A stretch of DNA of 59,109 nucleotides from a virus. Each line of letters opens with the position of its first letter. Positions within the stretch are counted from its first letter, which is position 1. The notes beneath the pieces are model-generated. The model saw only the letters and a list, made by a program, of their open reading frames with translations. It ran no database searches and was not told the origin of the DNA. Positions 50,469 to 59,109 of this stretch are shown piece by piece. The stretch is taken from the IMG/VR virus record IMGVR_UViG_3300029542_000004, positions 1 through 59,109 of that record; one strand, 5' to 3'. The position numbers and the translations under genes are program-made.

Positions 50469-51737
50469 TTATTTGTAGGAAAGAGAAGCCCCGACGCTCC
50501 ACACCGCAAAACCAGCCACGGTGTCCAAGGTCACGGAAAACGCGCCACAACGACGGCCGCTGGCCAGGAAGCCACCGAAACGAGGAAAGGCTATTATTGC
50601 AATATTAAACCAACAGCCATCAGGATAATAGGTCGATGATGAGCCTGTAATTGATGTTGGAAACATGCCTAATGCCGTGTATAACATATCTTTGATATAT
50701 CCGCCACTTGTACCACTAGGAGTTGAATTAGGCATCTCGATATATCCTGTTCCGTCAGTGTTGTAGTTGGTTGCACTACTTCCGTCTTTTACGGATGGGG
50801 ATAATTTAACCTTTGCTGTACCATTAGCAAGGATAAGTCCAACTGTTCTTCTCCACTGATTGCCGTAATAGTTCTCCATACCGAATACTTTAACTCCAGC
50901 TTTTCCGGCATTTTCACCCCAAAATAAGCCTTTGCTATTCATTGTACCGGTCTTAAGCAATAAGTTTTCATTAAAATCATTTTCACTCATGCCTTGCCCG
51001 AATACATCTTGTGTGTCGGTAGATTTTCCCATGATGATAAGTAAAATATTAATCAAAAGTCTGTCAACATATTGCTCGATTTCATATCCTGTGCCATTGG
51101 CTCTTGCATATGCCATTTCTTGACTGAGTGTCTTTGATTTAATGGCTGTCTGACCGCTTATTGAGCGTAGCTTATTGTTACTGTCAAGTGAACCGTTATA
51201 AATCGGTGTGTAAAAATGAGATTTTTCATTGCCGTTAATGTCAATAAAATTCAAATTTTTAAAATCTTTATCCGCTTGGTAGTTAGCAACATAAAGGCTT
51301 GCACTGTTTGGATTGCCCTTGTCGGGTGCGATTTTCCACCATATAATGTCTGTGCCATTGCCCCATTCCATCATAGCATTTCCATCGTAATCAACGTTTG
51401 CTATATCTGACGCACTGCCATCTATTTTTTTAGCCAAGTCGTTTTCATTGAGGTAATAGTCAACTTGCCCATTGGTCTTAAGCATACATGGTTTTGGCAT
51501 AAAAAAGGCATTCGCCCATGAGCCATAATCAAAAGTTCCGTTCGTGAAATTCATGTGTGCCGGAGTCATGCCTACTGCGTCCGCTAAATATCTGACTCTT
51601 GTTTTGGGACTACTATCCGCGCCATTAATGTGAACACCATAAATAACTCTTCCCTCGCTTAATTTTGTGCCAAGGGCTTTAATACTCTCAACAATTGCTT
51701 GCCCTGTTGTGTCTGATATAATGTCTATTCCGCTCAT
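50469..51737 (-). CDS. Receptor-binding / tail fibre tip protein with a C-type-lectin-like (DGR-target-like) C-terminus
   Basis: Last large tail gene. C-terminus GSSSTYYPDGCWFN...RFGG....G..CGAF........VGASLSYK. Confidence 0.5.
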   Translation of the reverse strand: MSGIDIISDTTGQAIVESIKALGTKLSEGRVIYGVHINGADSSPKTRVRYLADAVGMTPAHMNFTNGTFDYGSWANAFFMPKPCMLKTNGQVDYYLNENDLAKKIDGSASDIANVDYDGNAMMEWGNGTDIIWWKIAPDKGNPNSASLYVANYQADKDFKNLNFIDINGNEKSHFYTPIYNGSLDSNNKLRSISGQTAIKSKTLSQEMAYARANGTGYEIEQYVDRLLINILLIIMGKSTDTQDVFGQGMSENDFNENLLLKTGTMNSKGLFWGENAGKAGVKVFGMENYYGNQWRRTVGLILANGTAKVKLSPSVKDGSSATNYNTDGTGYIEMPNSTPSGTSGGYIKDMLYTALGMFPTSITGSSSTYYPDGCWFNIAIIAFPRFGGFLASGRRCGAFSVTLDTVAGFAVWSVGASLSYK

Positions 51738-51739
51738 AT

Positions 51740-52255
51740 CTAATCCTCCTTGCTTACATTGAGTAATCCGGCACTTGTCACGGAAAAAGTAATACCTCTT
51801 CCGTTTGCTTTTTGCTCGACAAGTCCGGCTTGCTGTTCTGCTCTTTGCGCGGCTTCATTTGCAGCCTTTGTAGCTGCGTTTGCTTGACTTACCGCCGTAT
51901 CAATCTTTCCTGAAGCTTGTGCGACCTCGTTTGCTTTTTGTGAAGCGGTTTGCGCTGATTTTTGAGCCTGTGAAGCAGAATCGCTTGCCGAGGTGGCTTT
52001 TTCTGTCGCAGTTTGCGCTGATTTTTGAGCCTGTGATACAGATTGAGCTATGTCGTCAAGATAACTTCGAATAAGTCTTTGAATTTCAACGTCAAAATCC
52101 TCAACAGTTCCCATTCGCTTAACTACTCCGGGTGCGAAGCACATCCATATCTGCTGTTTTTTTGTGTCGGAGTCAGTCGATACCGCCCATTCCCCAGCTT
52201 TCATTTTTGAGGGGTCAAACTGCGCGTATGCCCCTCTTCTCATTTGAATTGCCAT
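51740..52255 (-). CDS. Tail-associated protein with an Ala/Gln/Ser coiled-coil repeat
   Basis: SQAQKSAQTA is repeated. The DNA repeat TTTGCGCTGATTTTTGAGCCTGTGA occurs twice, 63 nt apart (about 51950 and 52013). Confidence 0.45.
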   Translation of the reverse strand: MAIQMRRGAYAQFDPSKMKAGEWAVSTDSDTKKQQIWMCFAPGVVKRMGTVEDFDVEIQRLIRSYLDDIAQSVSQAQKSAQTATEKATSASDSASQAQKSAQTASQKANEVAQASGKIDTAVSQANAATKAANEAAQRAEQQAGLVEQKANGRGITFSVTSAGLLNVSKED

Positions 52256-52258
52256 AAG

Positions 52259-54868
52259 TTACACCTCGCTTTTATCAATGCCTAATTTCTGACACAACCT
52301 TGAAAACTTATCTTCCAATTCATCTATGTGTTTTTGCATTTTATAAATCTTCTGCTCGTTTCCGGCAAGCCTTAAGATTAAGAATTGCTCATAGTTCATG
52401 CCATAGTACAGTGTATCATCATCCGATGTTGCTTTGTTTTGGAAAATCATATCAAGTTTTTCATTGACATGTCCTTTATCTTTAAGGTTTTCGATTATAT
52501 CCTGTGCCATTGCTCCAAAATATAACGGTTTGTCTGAATATCCTTGCCTGTTAAGATTGTATTGGAATAAATCAACTGAACTCACTGCATCAATATAATC
52601 TTGGCTAATTGCTTTAATGTTCTTTTTTAAGCGCTTATCCGAAGAACTCCATACCCAAGTAGTATCAACTTGGAAACTCAAGGCGCTGCCATTCCAACCG
52701 CAATGGTATGTATGCCCTGTTGCGTCACCACACATTGCATATCCTCTATCGGTTTCTCTAAATTTATCAGAGCCTATCTCTTGAGCATACATTGTCTGTG
52801 CACCTATAGAGCCTGTGGCTCCATAAAGTGTAATCAAATTCTCACCATTTTTAACAATTCGCAAGACCGCACCATTCATCCAAAGCTCATAATTGTTTCC
52901 TGAATTGTCAGTAGCTGTTAAATCAATCGTTGAATTACTTAAATTTCCGTTCAGTGCAATACTTCCACCGGACATATTAAAATTTGAAGCGGTTACTTTT
53001 CCATCGTTGTCAACTACAAACACTCCATTTCCAATATCAATTGTTCCGCCAACAATATTCTTGCCAGTAATTGTTGTTCCTGTGATGTCCTCCGCGTCAA
53101 CTGAACCAGCCTTAACATCAAGTGCATTTACATAGCTTGTAGTCACTGTGTCTTTGGTTATTTGAGTGACTTTAGCAGTAGTGTCAGCCACATTATCCCA
53201 AGCAATTTTCACACTGCTATCAAGTGTCAATCCTTTGTTATCCAGCGTTACAAGTGTCTTTCCGTTTGCGTCTTTGACATACTGCTTGCCGTTTGTGTTA
53301 TTCTCACCGCCTAAAGTGAGTGTTCCACCATGCGCCCAGTCAAAATTAATGCCAATAGCTGACATAATATTGAAAACAGCGTTTCCGTCTTTGTCAACTC
53401 CAGCATTCCACGTTTTACCATAGTCACTTGATACAGCCATGCCATTAGCCGTCATTTTCCACTGTATGTTGCTCGAATTAAGGTCGGCTTTATTATGCAT
53501 AATGTAAATAATTGAGCCATCCTCTTGCACCTGTTCAGTCTTAAAAAGTCCGAGCGATTGAGACATTAGCTGTGTCAGCAATTGCATTTGCTTATCATAT
53601 ACACTTAGTTTTGCCTGTGCAACTTCCCTAGCCTGTACGATAGCCTTTGTCTCATTACTAAATTTATCAGCACTATTTCTTGAAGCATTTTCGGCATCGC
53701 ACGAAATTTTAGTGCCACTTCCAACTGTAAATGTTCGGTTGGAGATAAAACAGCTATAGGTATTCTGCTTGCGGTCTGTCACAAGTGCCACATCTCCGCT
53801 CTCAATCAGTGGGTTTGACAAGAGTGTAGCGTCAAGAGGTCTAAACCTCATGCCACCGATTTTTTTGAAGATATAGTTTGCAACTGTCTGTGCCTTGTCT
53901 GCCGGAATGAAGGGATTGTCAGAGATTGAGACTACATATCCCTCTTTTCCGGCAAGTGTATTAACATCTTTTGCCTTATCCTCTTTTGAGGTTACAATAA
54001 CTTTAACACCTGTGATAACAACATCATCAGTCGCAACATTCAAGTCTTTTTGCGTGTAAACATTGTGGTAATTTCTCGCTTCTGTAAATGTTCCACCATC
54101 AACGCTATCTCCGCTTGAATAATCGGTGAAATTTCCACCATTCAGTGTATCTCCGTCAGAGTATGGTGTAGTTTTTGTGCTAAAAGTTCCACCATCGTAA
54201 CCTTGGCTGTCAAACTGACTCATATCATACCAACCGATAAACAATTCACCATCGTGACCGCACTTGCCCCATAATCCACTTAACTGTAAGATGTAAGCTA
54301 TTACCTGTCCATATGTGAGTTTTTGATTATCACTTGGTATCTCATTAATCGTGTAATCAGAGTTATCAAATCTCGCCATAGTAAAAGGTACATCACACTT
54401 AATACAAGCGTCTCTGACTACCTCATACGCTGTCGTAGGGTAACTTAAATTGCTATCGTACTCGCGATTGAAATTGTTAATATTGTCAAGGCAAGTAAGC
54501 GTTATGAGTGAGCCATCATAGCTTGTCTCGCTGACTCTATACTCACCGATTTTTAGTTTTTCACTTGTGCCGTCAGAAAAGCTTTTTGAAACGTATGCTG
54601 TTACGCTTGCCTTGTCAAAATCATACTTGCTGTAATCCTCGTAAATGTTATTCAGCTTAATTTTCAGTTTTCCGGCAATCAAAGCCCCAATTGTAAAAGT
54701 GCCATTGCTTGATGTTGAGTCATTAACCTCGAAGCCATTCGCCCACAGCTCACTATCACTAATAGGGATTTTTTCACCATTAGTTGTAACTATGTCGGCA
54801 AAGCAATTTACGTTTATGTCATTGTCAAGCATTACTGCCCTTTGCCATTTAGCCGATACGTTAAGCAT
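52259..54868 (-). CDS. Tail fibre / Tal-like protein with a C-terminal S74 intramolecular chaperone domain
   Basis: C-terminus SSDKRLKKNIKAI...LFQYNL...GAMAQDIIE matches the endosialidase chaperone (Peptidase_S74) pattern. Confidence 0.7.
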   Translation of the reverse strand: MLNVSAKWQRAVMLDNDINVNCFADIVTTNGEKIPISDSELWANGFEVNDSTSSNGTFTIGALIAGKLKIKLNNIYEDYSKYDFDKASVTAYVSKSFSDGTSEKLKIGEYRVSETSYDGSLITLTCLDNINNFNREYDSNLSYPTTAYEVVRDACIKCDVPFTMARFDNSDYTINEIPSDNQKLTYGQVIAYILQLSGLWGKCGHDGELFIGWYDMSQFDSQGYDGGTFSTKTTPYSDGDTLNGGNFTDYSSGDSVDGGTFTEARNYHNVYTQKDLNVATDDVVITGVKVIVTSKEDKAKDVNTLAGKEGYVVSISDNPFIPADKAQTVANYIFKKIGGMRFRPLDATLLSNPLIESGDVALVTDRKQNTYSCFISNRTFTVGSGTKISCDAENASRNSADKFSNETKAIVQAREVAQAKLSVYDKQMQLLTQLMSQSLGLFKTEQVQEDGSIIYIMHNKADLNSSNIQWKMTANGMAVSSDYGKTWNAGVDKDGNAVFNIMSAIGINFDWAHGGTLTLGGENNTNGKQYVKDANGKTLVTLDNKGLTLDSSVKIAWDNVADTTAKVTQITKDTVTTSYVNALDVKAGSVDAEDITGTTITGKNIVGGTIDIGNGVFVVDNDGKVTASNFNMSGGSIALNGNLSNSTIDLTATDNSGNNYELWMNGAVLRIVKNGENLITLYGATGSIGAQTMYAQEIGSDKFRETDRGYAMCGDATGHTYHCGWNGSALSFQVDTTWVWSSSDKRLKKNIKAISQDYIDAVSSVDLFQYNLNRQGYSDKPLYFGAMAQDIIENLKDKGHVNEKLDMIFQNKATSDDDTLYYGMNYEQFLILRLAGNEQKIYKMQKHIDELEDKFSRLCQKLGIDKSEV

Positions 54869-54880
54869 TAAATCACCGCC

Positions 54881-55237
54881 TTATACTTCTATGAGAGAAA
54901 AGCTTAATACCTCATACCTCTTATTGCCAACAGTCCATATCTTGATAGGTGCAGTTCTGTCACCCACATAGAATGTACGTGTTTCATCAGTACCGCTCAT
55001 AGCGTCAGGATATGCTACCGATATATATTCCGGATTTACCATTTGAAGTATCTTTGCTGTCCTAGCCTTGTCTGTACCATTCCACGACAATTTAATTTGT
55101 CGTTTCTGCGCTATTCTATTCTTGTGCATTTTGCCGTCTTGTGTTCGTCCACTATCAATTGCAGACACATCAATCAAGCCCCATTCAAAGCTTGATGGAG
55201 TAGGTAATTCCACTCCGTCTACTAACATCATTGCCAT
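54881..55237 (-). CDS. Distal tail protein-like (small)
   Basis: Immediately follows the tape measure. The start is moved to MAMMLVDG, behind GAGGT. Confidence 0.45.
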   Translation of the reverse strand: MAMMLVDGVELPTPSSFEWGLIDVSAIDSGRTQDGKMHKNRIAQKRQIKLSWNGTDKARTAKILQMVNPEYISVAYPDAMSGTDETRTFYVGDRTAPIKIWTVGNKRYEVLSFSLIEV

Positions 55238-55279
55238 ATTGTTACCTCGCAAAAAGACACCCACGCAAGGGTGAGTGTC

Positions 55280-58200
55280 TTAGCCAAATTCATTTGCTAC
55301 AATATATCGTTGTCCGTGCTTTGCTTTACCTACCTGTGTCATGCGATAGAGCGTTTCACTGTCGCACTTAAACACATTTTCGATGATAGGTGCAGAATTT
55401 CCGCCAGTGTTAGAGTTCATCATTACTTGTGCCATGCCCTCCATGACAGCCTGTTTAATTCCCTCTGTAATCTGTTGATTGTTTGCAACTACATTTCTAC
55501 CATTTGAGAATTTACCGACTAACTCATTGTGATTAATAAAAGCCATGCCGTCCTCTCCCCTCGGGAAAATTCCACCACTAGCGAGCCTTGGAATGTGCAC
55601 TTTCGGGACTAACGATACTCCGTTCCAATTTGCACCAGCCACCTTAGCGGCCATAGAAACAACTTTGTTAAATCCTCTTAATAAAGAGTTAATTCCACTG
55701 ACAACAAAATTAACGCCGTTTTCTATTTTAGAAATAACGTAGTTCATGGCTCCTGTAACGCCGCCTCTTATTGAACTCCACACATAATTAAACGCGTTTG
55801 TAATTCCGTTTTTCATGATATTAAAGCAGTTTGTGATAGGTGAAATAACATTGCCATTAAACCAACTCGCTACTCCTTGCCACGTAGATATAACAAAGTT
55901 CTTTGCTACGCTAAGTGCCGATGTTATGCCAGCTTTCAACATATTAAAAAAGTTTGAAATCGGTTGTATTACTGTACCGCTAAACCAACTTGCCACCCCT
56001 TGCCATGTTGAAAATACAAAATCTTTTGCTGTCTGTATCGTTGTCTGTATAAACGTTTTTAAAAAGTTAAACAGATTTGAAATTGGAGTAATCACATTAT
56101 TATTAAACCAGCTTGAAGCTACTATCCAAATTGCTTGAATTATTATCCAAACACCTTGAAAAATCTGTTGTGCTCGTGTAGCAAAGCCTTTAAAAAAGCC
56201 AACTATCGGCTCAATTACTGTGGAACTAAACCATTTCGAAGCTCCTTGCCACACAGTTACTATGTCTTTCCATAGAGAACCGAAAAAGCCACTTATGGTT
56301 TTCCACATATCTTTAAAAAACGAAACTACAGGCTCAATGACATTTCCATTGAACCAATCGCCAACCGTTGAAAATAGTTCACAAATTGTGTTCCAATTAT
56401 CTTTTACTAAAACAACGATTGTTGATACTGCCGCCACTATTGCTCCAACAATTACTGCTGGCAATGCTGCCACGCCAGCTAATATTGCTCCGATTGTGGC
56501 TAATGCAACACCTATCACCATTAAAATCTCATTTACCCAGCTAAATCCGTCTTTTAGCATTTTGACAAAATTCACAATAGATAAAATTGTTCCGGCTATT
56601 GCCGAAAAAGCAGAGCCGATTGTTGCTAATAGGTCTGCTGCCCCTGTTCCGAATGCAGCCGTTATTGCATCACCCAAACTTAAACCACTGAATAATCCCT
56701 CTATGAGTAATCCAAGATTTGTTGATAGTGAAGCAAAAATGGTTTTAAATGCTTGCATTATTGCCGTTCCAATGCCAGCTCCTTCTACAAGCTCAAATCC
56801 AATTTTTGAAGCTATTGCCTGTGCTATCGCTTTTGATAATGATTTTCCAATAAAAGCGAGTGCCACTGAACCCAATTTTAACGAAATTATCTTTTTTATC
56901 AGCAATGTGCCAACTATTATCTCAACAGTTTTAATGTCTAAATTGCTTAAAAAGTCCGTAATTCCTTTGAGTACGTCTTTCCACGACACATTTTTAATTG
57001 CCGTGGTTAGCATGGTGTATATTCCTTGTGCCCATGCGTTAATAGTTTTTGCTAGTAACGCAAAATCAAAATTCTCAAAAAATCCATTAATGCCGTTAGC
57101 AATCGACAAGCCAAAATTAGTCCAATCGAATGTTGTGCCGAATGAATTGAGGAAATGCAAAGCTGTGTTTAGCGAACCGGCTATTGTTGCACCTAAATCG
57201 TAAAAGAGCCTTGGGCTGATTAAACCATTAAGGAAGTCTGCAAGTCCTTTTCCGAAATTGTCAGCTTTCTGATAAATCTTCTTCCAATCAATGCTCTCCA
57301 TAGCACTCGCAAGAGCGTCACCGATGTACTTTCCGAGTGAGTAAAGGTCTTTGATTGATGATTTATATTTTTCGATCAATCCATCGGTCTTTTTCAGTGA
57401 GCTATCAACGCCACCGCCAGCTCCACCGCTACCTGAACCGCCACTGCCTGAACCGCCACCACTGCCACTATCGCTGTTATCGTCAAGTGCGTGTATCTCA
57501 TCTATGCTAAGCAATGTCTTTTTCAGTTTTTGGGCTTTCTTATTGGAACTATCAGCGTTATCACCAATATCGCCCACTCCGTCAGCTATGTCCTCCATGC
57601 CGTCAGCCGTGGCACCGCGACCGCTTATCTCGATAGTCCATCCGAAGATTGCTCCGAGTGCGTCAGCTACAGTTCTTGTAAAGCTGATAACCTTGAGCAT
57701 TACTTTGCTTAAGGCTTGAACAAATGGTTTTAGAGCATTGATTACTACGCTACCTATGATACTGCCCCATGCTTGAAACTCTTGCTTAAGGACTCTTACA
57801 CTGTTAGCCCAGGTGTTCGCGGTCTTAGCGAAATCACCTTGCGCAGCTTGTGTATTTGCCATGACATAGTTGTACCTTAAGAGTACCTTTTCGGCTTGCG
57901 TCATTGACTTGATATTTGCGTCAAGTCCGTTTTTCATAGCCCACTCTGAAAGTGTAGCTTGTGTTAAGTCAAGTCCGTATCTCCTTAATGGTGCAATTGT
58001 TCCCGAAAAAATAGATTGTAAGCTCTTTGCAACATCAGCTTGGTCTACATCGTAGAATGAAGCCATATCACCGGCTAATCTTGTAAGATTAAGTGACATA
58101 TCAGCCATGCTGTCTGTAGTCTTGTATAGCGTGTTATTTTGGCTCATAAGAGCTTTATTTGCCACTGCCGTACCATTTGCCACTTGCTCTGACGAAATGC

Positions 58201-59053
58201 CTATAGAAGTACCTAACGCTTGGAAACGGCTTGATATTTGCTTAACCGTCAGTTCAGACATTCCAAAGTCTTGAATTGATGTTTTTGTAAAATCATCAAC
58301 CTTGCTTGCCATATCACCAAACGTGGTATCTACTACGTTTTGAACCTCTGTTAATTGGCTCGCTAAATCAACTGCACCGCCTATTTTTCCTACAGCTCGC
58401 ATAACCAACCAATAAGTTGCGTAAAACTTACCGATAGTTGAAGCTAAGCCCCTGAATCCACTTCTTGTACTCTTAATTGACTTGGTTGTGTTTGAAAAGC
58501 CTGTTACAAGTGACCTACTAGCCGAACCGACTTTCGAGCCTTGCTGTGACAGATTAGCAAGTGCATTAGTCATTTGAATAATGTTGTTGCTGACTCTCGG
58601 TGCGCTAGATAATGTTGTCATTACCTCTTTCAAGGCACTGCCGAGGTTTCTGATGTTATCCGCAGCATAACCGGCTGATTTTGAACCAAGCTTTGAGATT
58701 GAAGCTGTTAGCTGTGTAATCTCTACTGATTGCTTTGAGATGCTCGCAAAACCCGACAATTCTGTTGCCATGCTCTTTAAGGCACTTGCCGAGCTGACAA
58801 GTCTTGCAGTATCAAGGTTGCCGAGCTTTTCCATGTTGGTTGCAATCTTGCTAAAGGTACGTGTGTTAATACTGCTCACGCTTCTAAGTGATGTTGCAAG
58901 TTGTGACATTCCGCTCGCAAAATTGCTTATGCTTGCACCATTGAGGGAATTGAGAGTATTTCCAAGTTCTTGCAACTTACTTTGTAAATTGCTTATGGCT
59001 CTAGTCGCTAGCTGCGCGTCCGACTTGATTTGAAGCTCAATGCTCTCTGCCAT
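55280..59053 (-). CDS. Tape measure protein
   Basis: 1257 aa, with helical and TM-like segments, a GS linker (GSGGGSGSGGSGSGGAGGG) and five W/F-rich repeats of about 40 aa near the C-terminus. Confidence 0.85.
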   Translation of the reverse strand: MAESIELQIKSDAQLATRAISNLQSKLQELGNTLNSLNGASISNFASGMSQLATSLRSVSSINTRTFSKIATNMEKLGNLDTARLVSSASALKSMATELSGFASISKQSVEITQLTASISKLGSKSAGYAADNIRNLGSALKEVMTTLSSAPRVSNNIIQMTNALANLSQQGSKVGSASRSLVTGFSNTTKSIKSTRSGFRGLASTIGKFYATYWLVMRAVGKIGGAVDLASQLTEVQNVVDTTFGDMASKVDDFTKTSIQDFGMSELTVKQISSRFQALGTSIGISSEQVANGTAVANKALMSQNNTLYKTTDSMADMSLNLTRLAGDMASFYDVDQADVAKSLQSIFSGTIAPLRRYGLDLTQATLSEWAMKNGLDANIKSMTQAEKVLLRYNYVMANTQAAQGDFAKTANTWANSVRVLKQEFQAWGSIIGSVVINALKPFVQALSKVMLKVISFTRTVADALGAIFGWTIEISGRGATADGMEDIADGVGDIGDNADSSNKKAQKLKKTLLSIDEIHALDDNSDSGSGGGSGSGGSGSGGAGGGVDSSLKKTDGLIEKYKSSIKDLYSLGKYIGDALASAMESIDWKKIYQKADNFGKGLADFLNGLISPRLFYDLGATIAGSLNTALHFLNSFGTTFDWTNFGLSIANGINGFFENFDFALLAKTINAWAQGIYTMLTTAIKNVSWKDVLKGITDFLSNLDIKTVEIIVGTLLIKKIISLKLGSVALAFIGKSLSKAIAQAIASKIGFELVEGAGIGTAIMQAFKTIFASLSTNLGLLIEGLFSGLSLGDAITAAFGTGAADLLATIGSAFSAIAGTILSIVNFVKMLKDGFSWVNEILMVIGVALATIGAILAGVAALPAVIVGAIVAAVSTIVVLVKDNWNTICELFSTVGDWFNGNVIEPVVSFFKDMWKTISGFFGSLWKDIVTVWQGASKWFSSTVIEPIVGFFKGFATRAQQIFQGVWIIIQAIWIVASSWFNNNVITPISNLFNFLKTFIQTTIQTAKDFVFSTWQGVASWFSGTVIQPISNFFNMLKAGITSALSVAKNFVISTWQGVASWFNGNVISPITNCFNIMKNGITNAFNYVWSSIRGGVTGAMNYVISKIENGVNFVVSGINSLLRGFNKVVSMAAKVAGANWNGVSLVPKVHIPRLASGGIFPRGEDGMAFINHNELVGKFSNGRNVVANNQQITEGIKQAVMEGMAQVMMNSNTGGNSAPIIENVFKCDSETLYRMTQVGKAKHGQRYIVANEFG
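55790..56400 (-). repeat. Tandem repeats of about 40 aa inside the tape measure
   Basis: The unit (S/T)xWQGxxxWFxxxVIxPIxxFF recurs five times. Confidence 0.5.
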
Positions 59054-59109
59054 TTTCTCACCTCCCTGTAATAAAAAAGAGCTACCCTAAAGTAGCTCTC
59101 ATGTATTTA
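59011..59109. repeat. Second copy of the terminal 99-nt repeat
   Basis: Identical to 1-99. Confidence 0.95.

Noticed and set aside
50345-50608. An active diversity-generating retroelement at the RBP 3' end
   Set aside because: No reverse-transcriptase-like ORF, no Avd-like gene and no second near-copy of the VR-like segment exist anywhere in the closed genome. Only the VR-like composition is reported as a finding.
56220-57203. 327-aa plus-strand ORF (and several others) inside the tape measure gene
   Set aside because: It is antisense to a clearly coding 1257-aa gene, has no RBS and has low-complexity composition. It is a typical shadow ORF. The same reasoning applies to most plus-strand ORFs in the track that overlap minus-strand genes.

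Overview
The window is a complete temperate siphovirus-like phage or prophage genome from an AT-rich, Firmicutes or Clostridia-type host. Bases 1-99 are identical to 59011-59109, so the contig closes into a 59,010-bp circle. Almost all genes are on the minus strand.

Gene order, read in the minus sense:
- TerS-like gene, DUF3310 gene and a 1.5-kb ORF-free tRNA and structured-RNA island
- about 20 small ORFs
- TerL, a Vsr/DUF559-like endonuclease and a sigma-r4-like regulator
- portal, MuF-like protein, scaffold, decoration-like protein and major capsid
- adaptor, a membrane coiled-coil protein plus holin, and neck proteins
- major tail protein, then tail chaperone G and G-T with a canonical -1 slippery site
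- GH25 endolysin, tape measure, Dit-like protein and a tail fibre with an S74 chaperone domain
- receptor-binding protein and an XkdX-like protein

After this come the cI/cro-type switch and an early region holding an antirepressor, a Rad50/SbcC-like ATPase, RecT, an MBL-fold gene, SSB, YopX (two copies), GIY-YIG, MazG, a replisome organizer and a G39P-like loader. It continues with a split multi-TRD C5 methyltransferase, Xis, a tyrosine integrase, attP arm repeats, a low-complexity moron cassette, a plus-strand accessory island, and an iteron plus AT-rich origin.

Most notable observations:
1. The MTase is split at a pentanucleotide repeat.
2. The tRNA-studded structured RNA tract.
3. The RBP has an adenine-depleted, DGR-VR-like 3' end, with no RT or TR in the genome.
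4. The origin iterons are duplicated, once inside the organizer gene and once intergenic.
5. The lysis genes are scattered inside the virion operon.

All calls come from reading the sequence and from motif memory. No database search was run.
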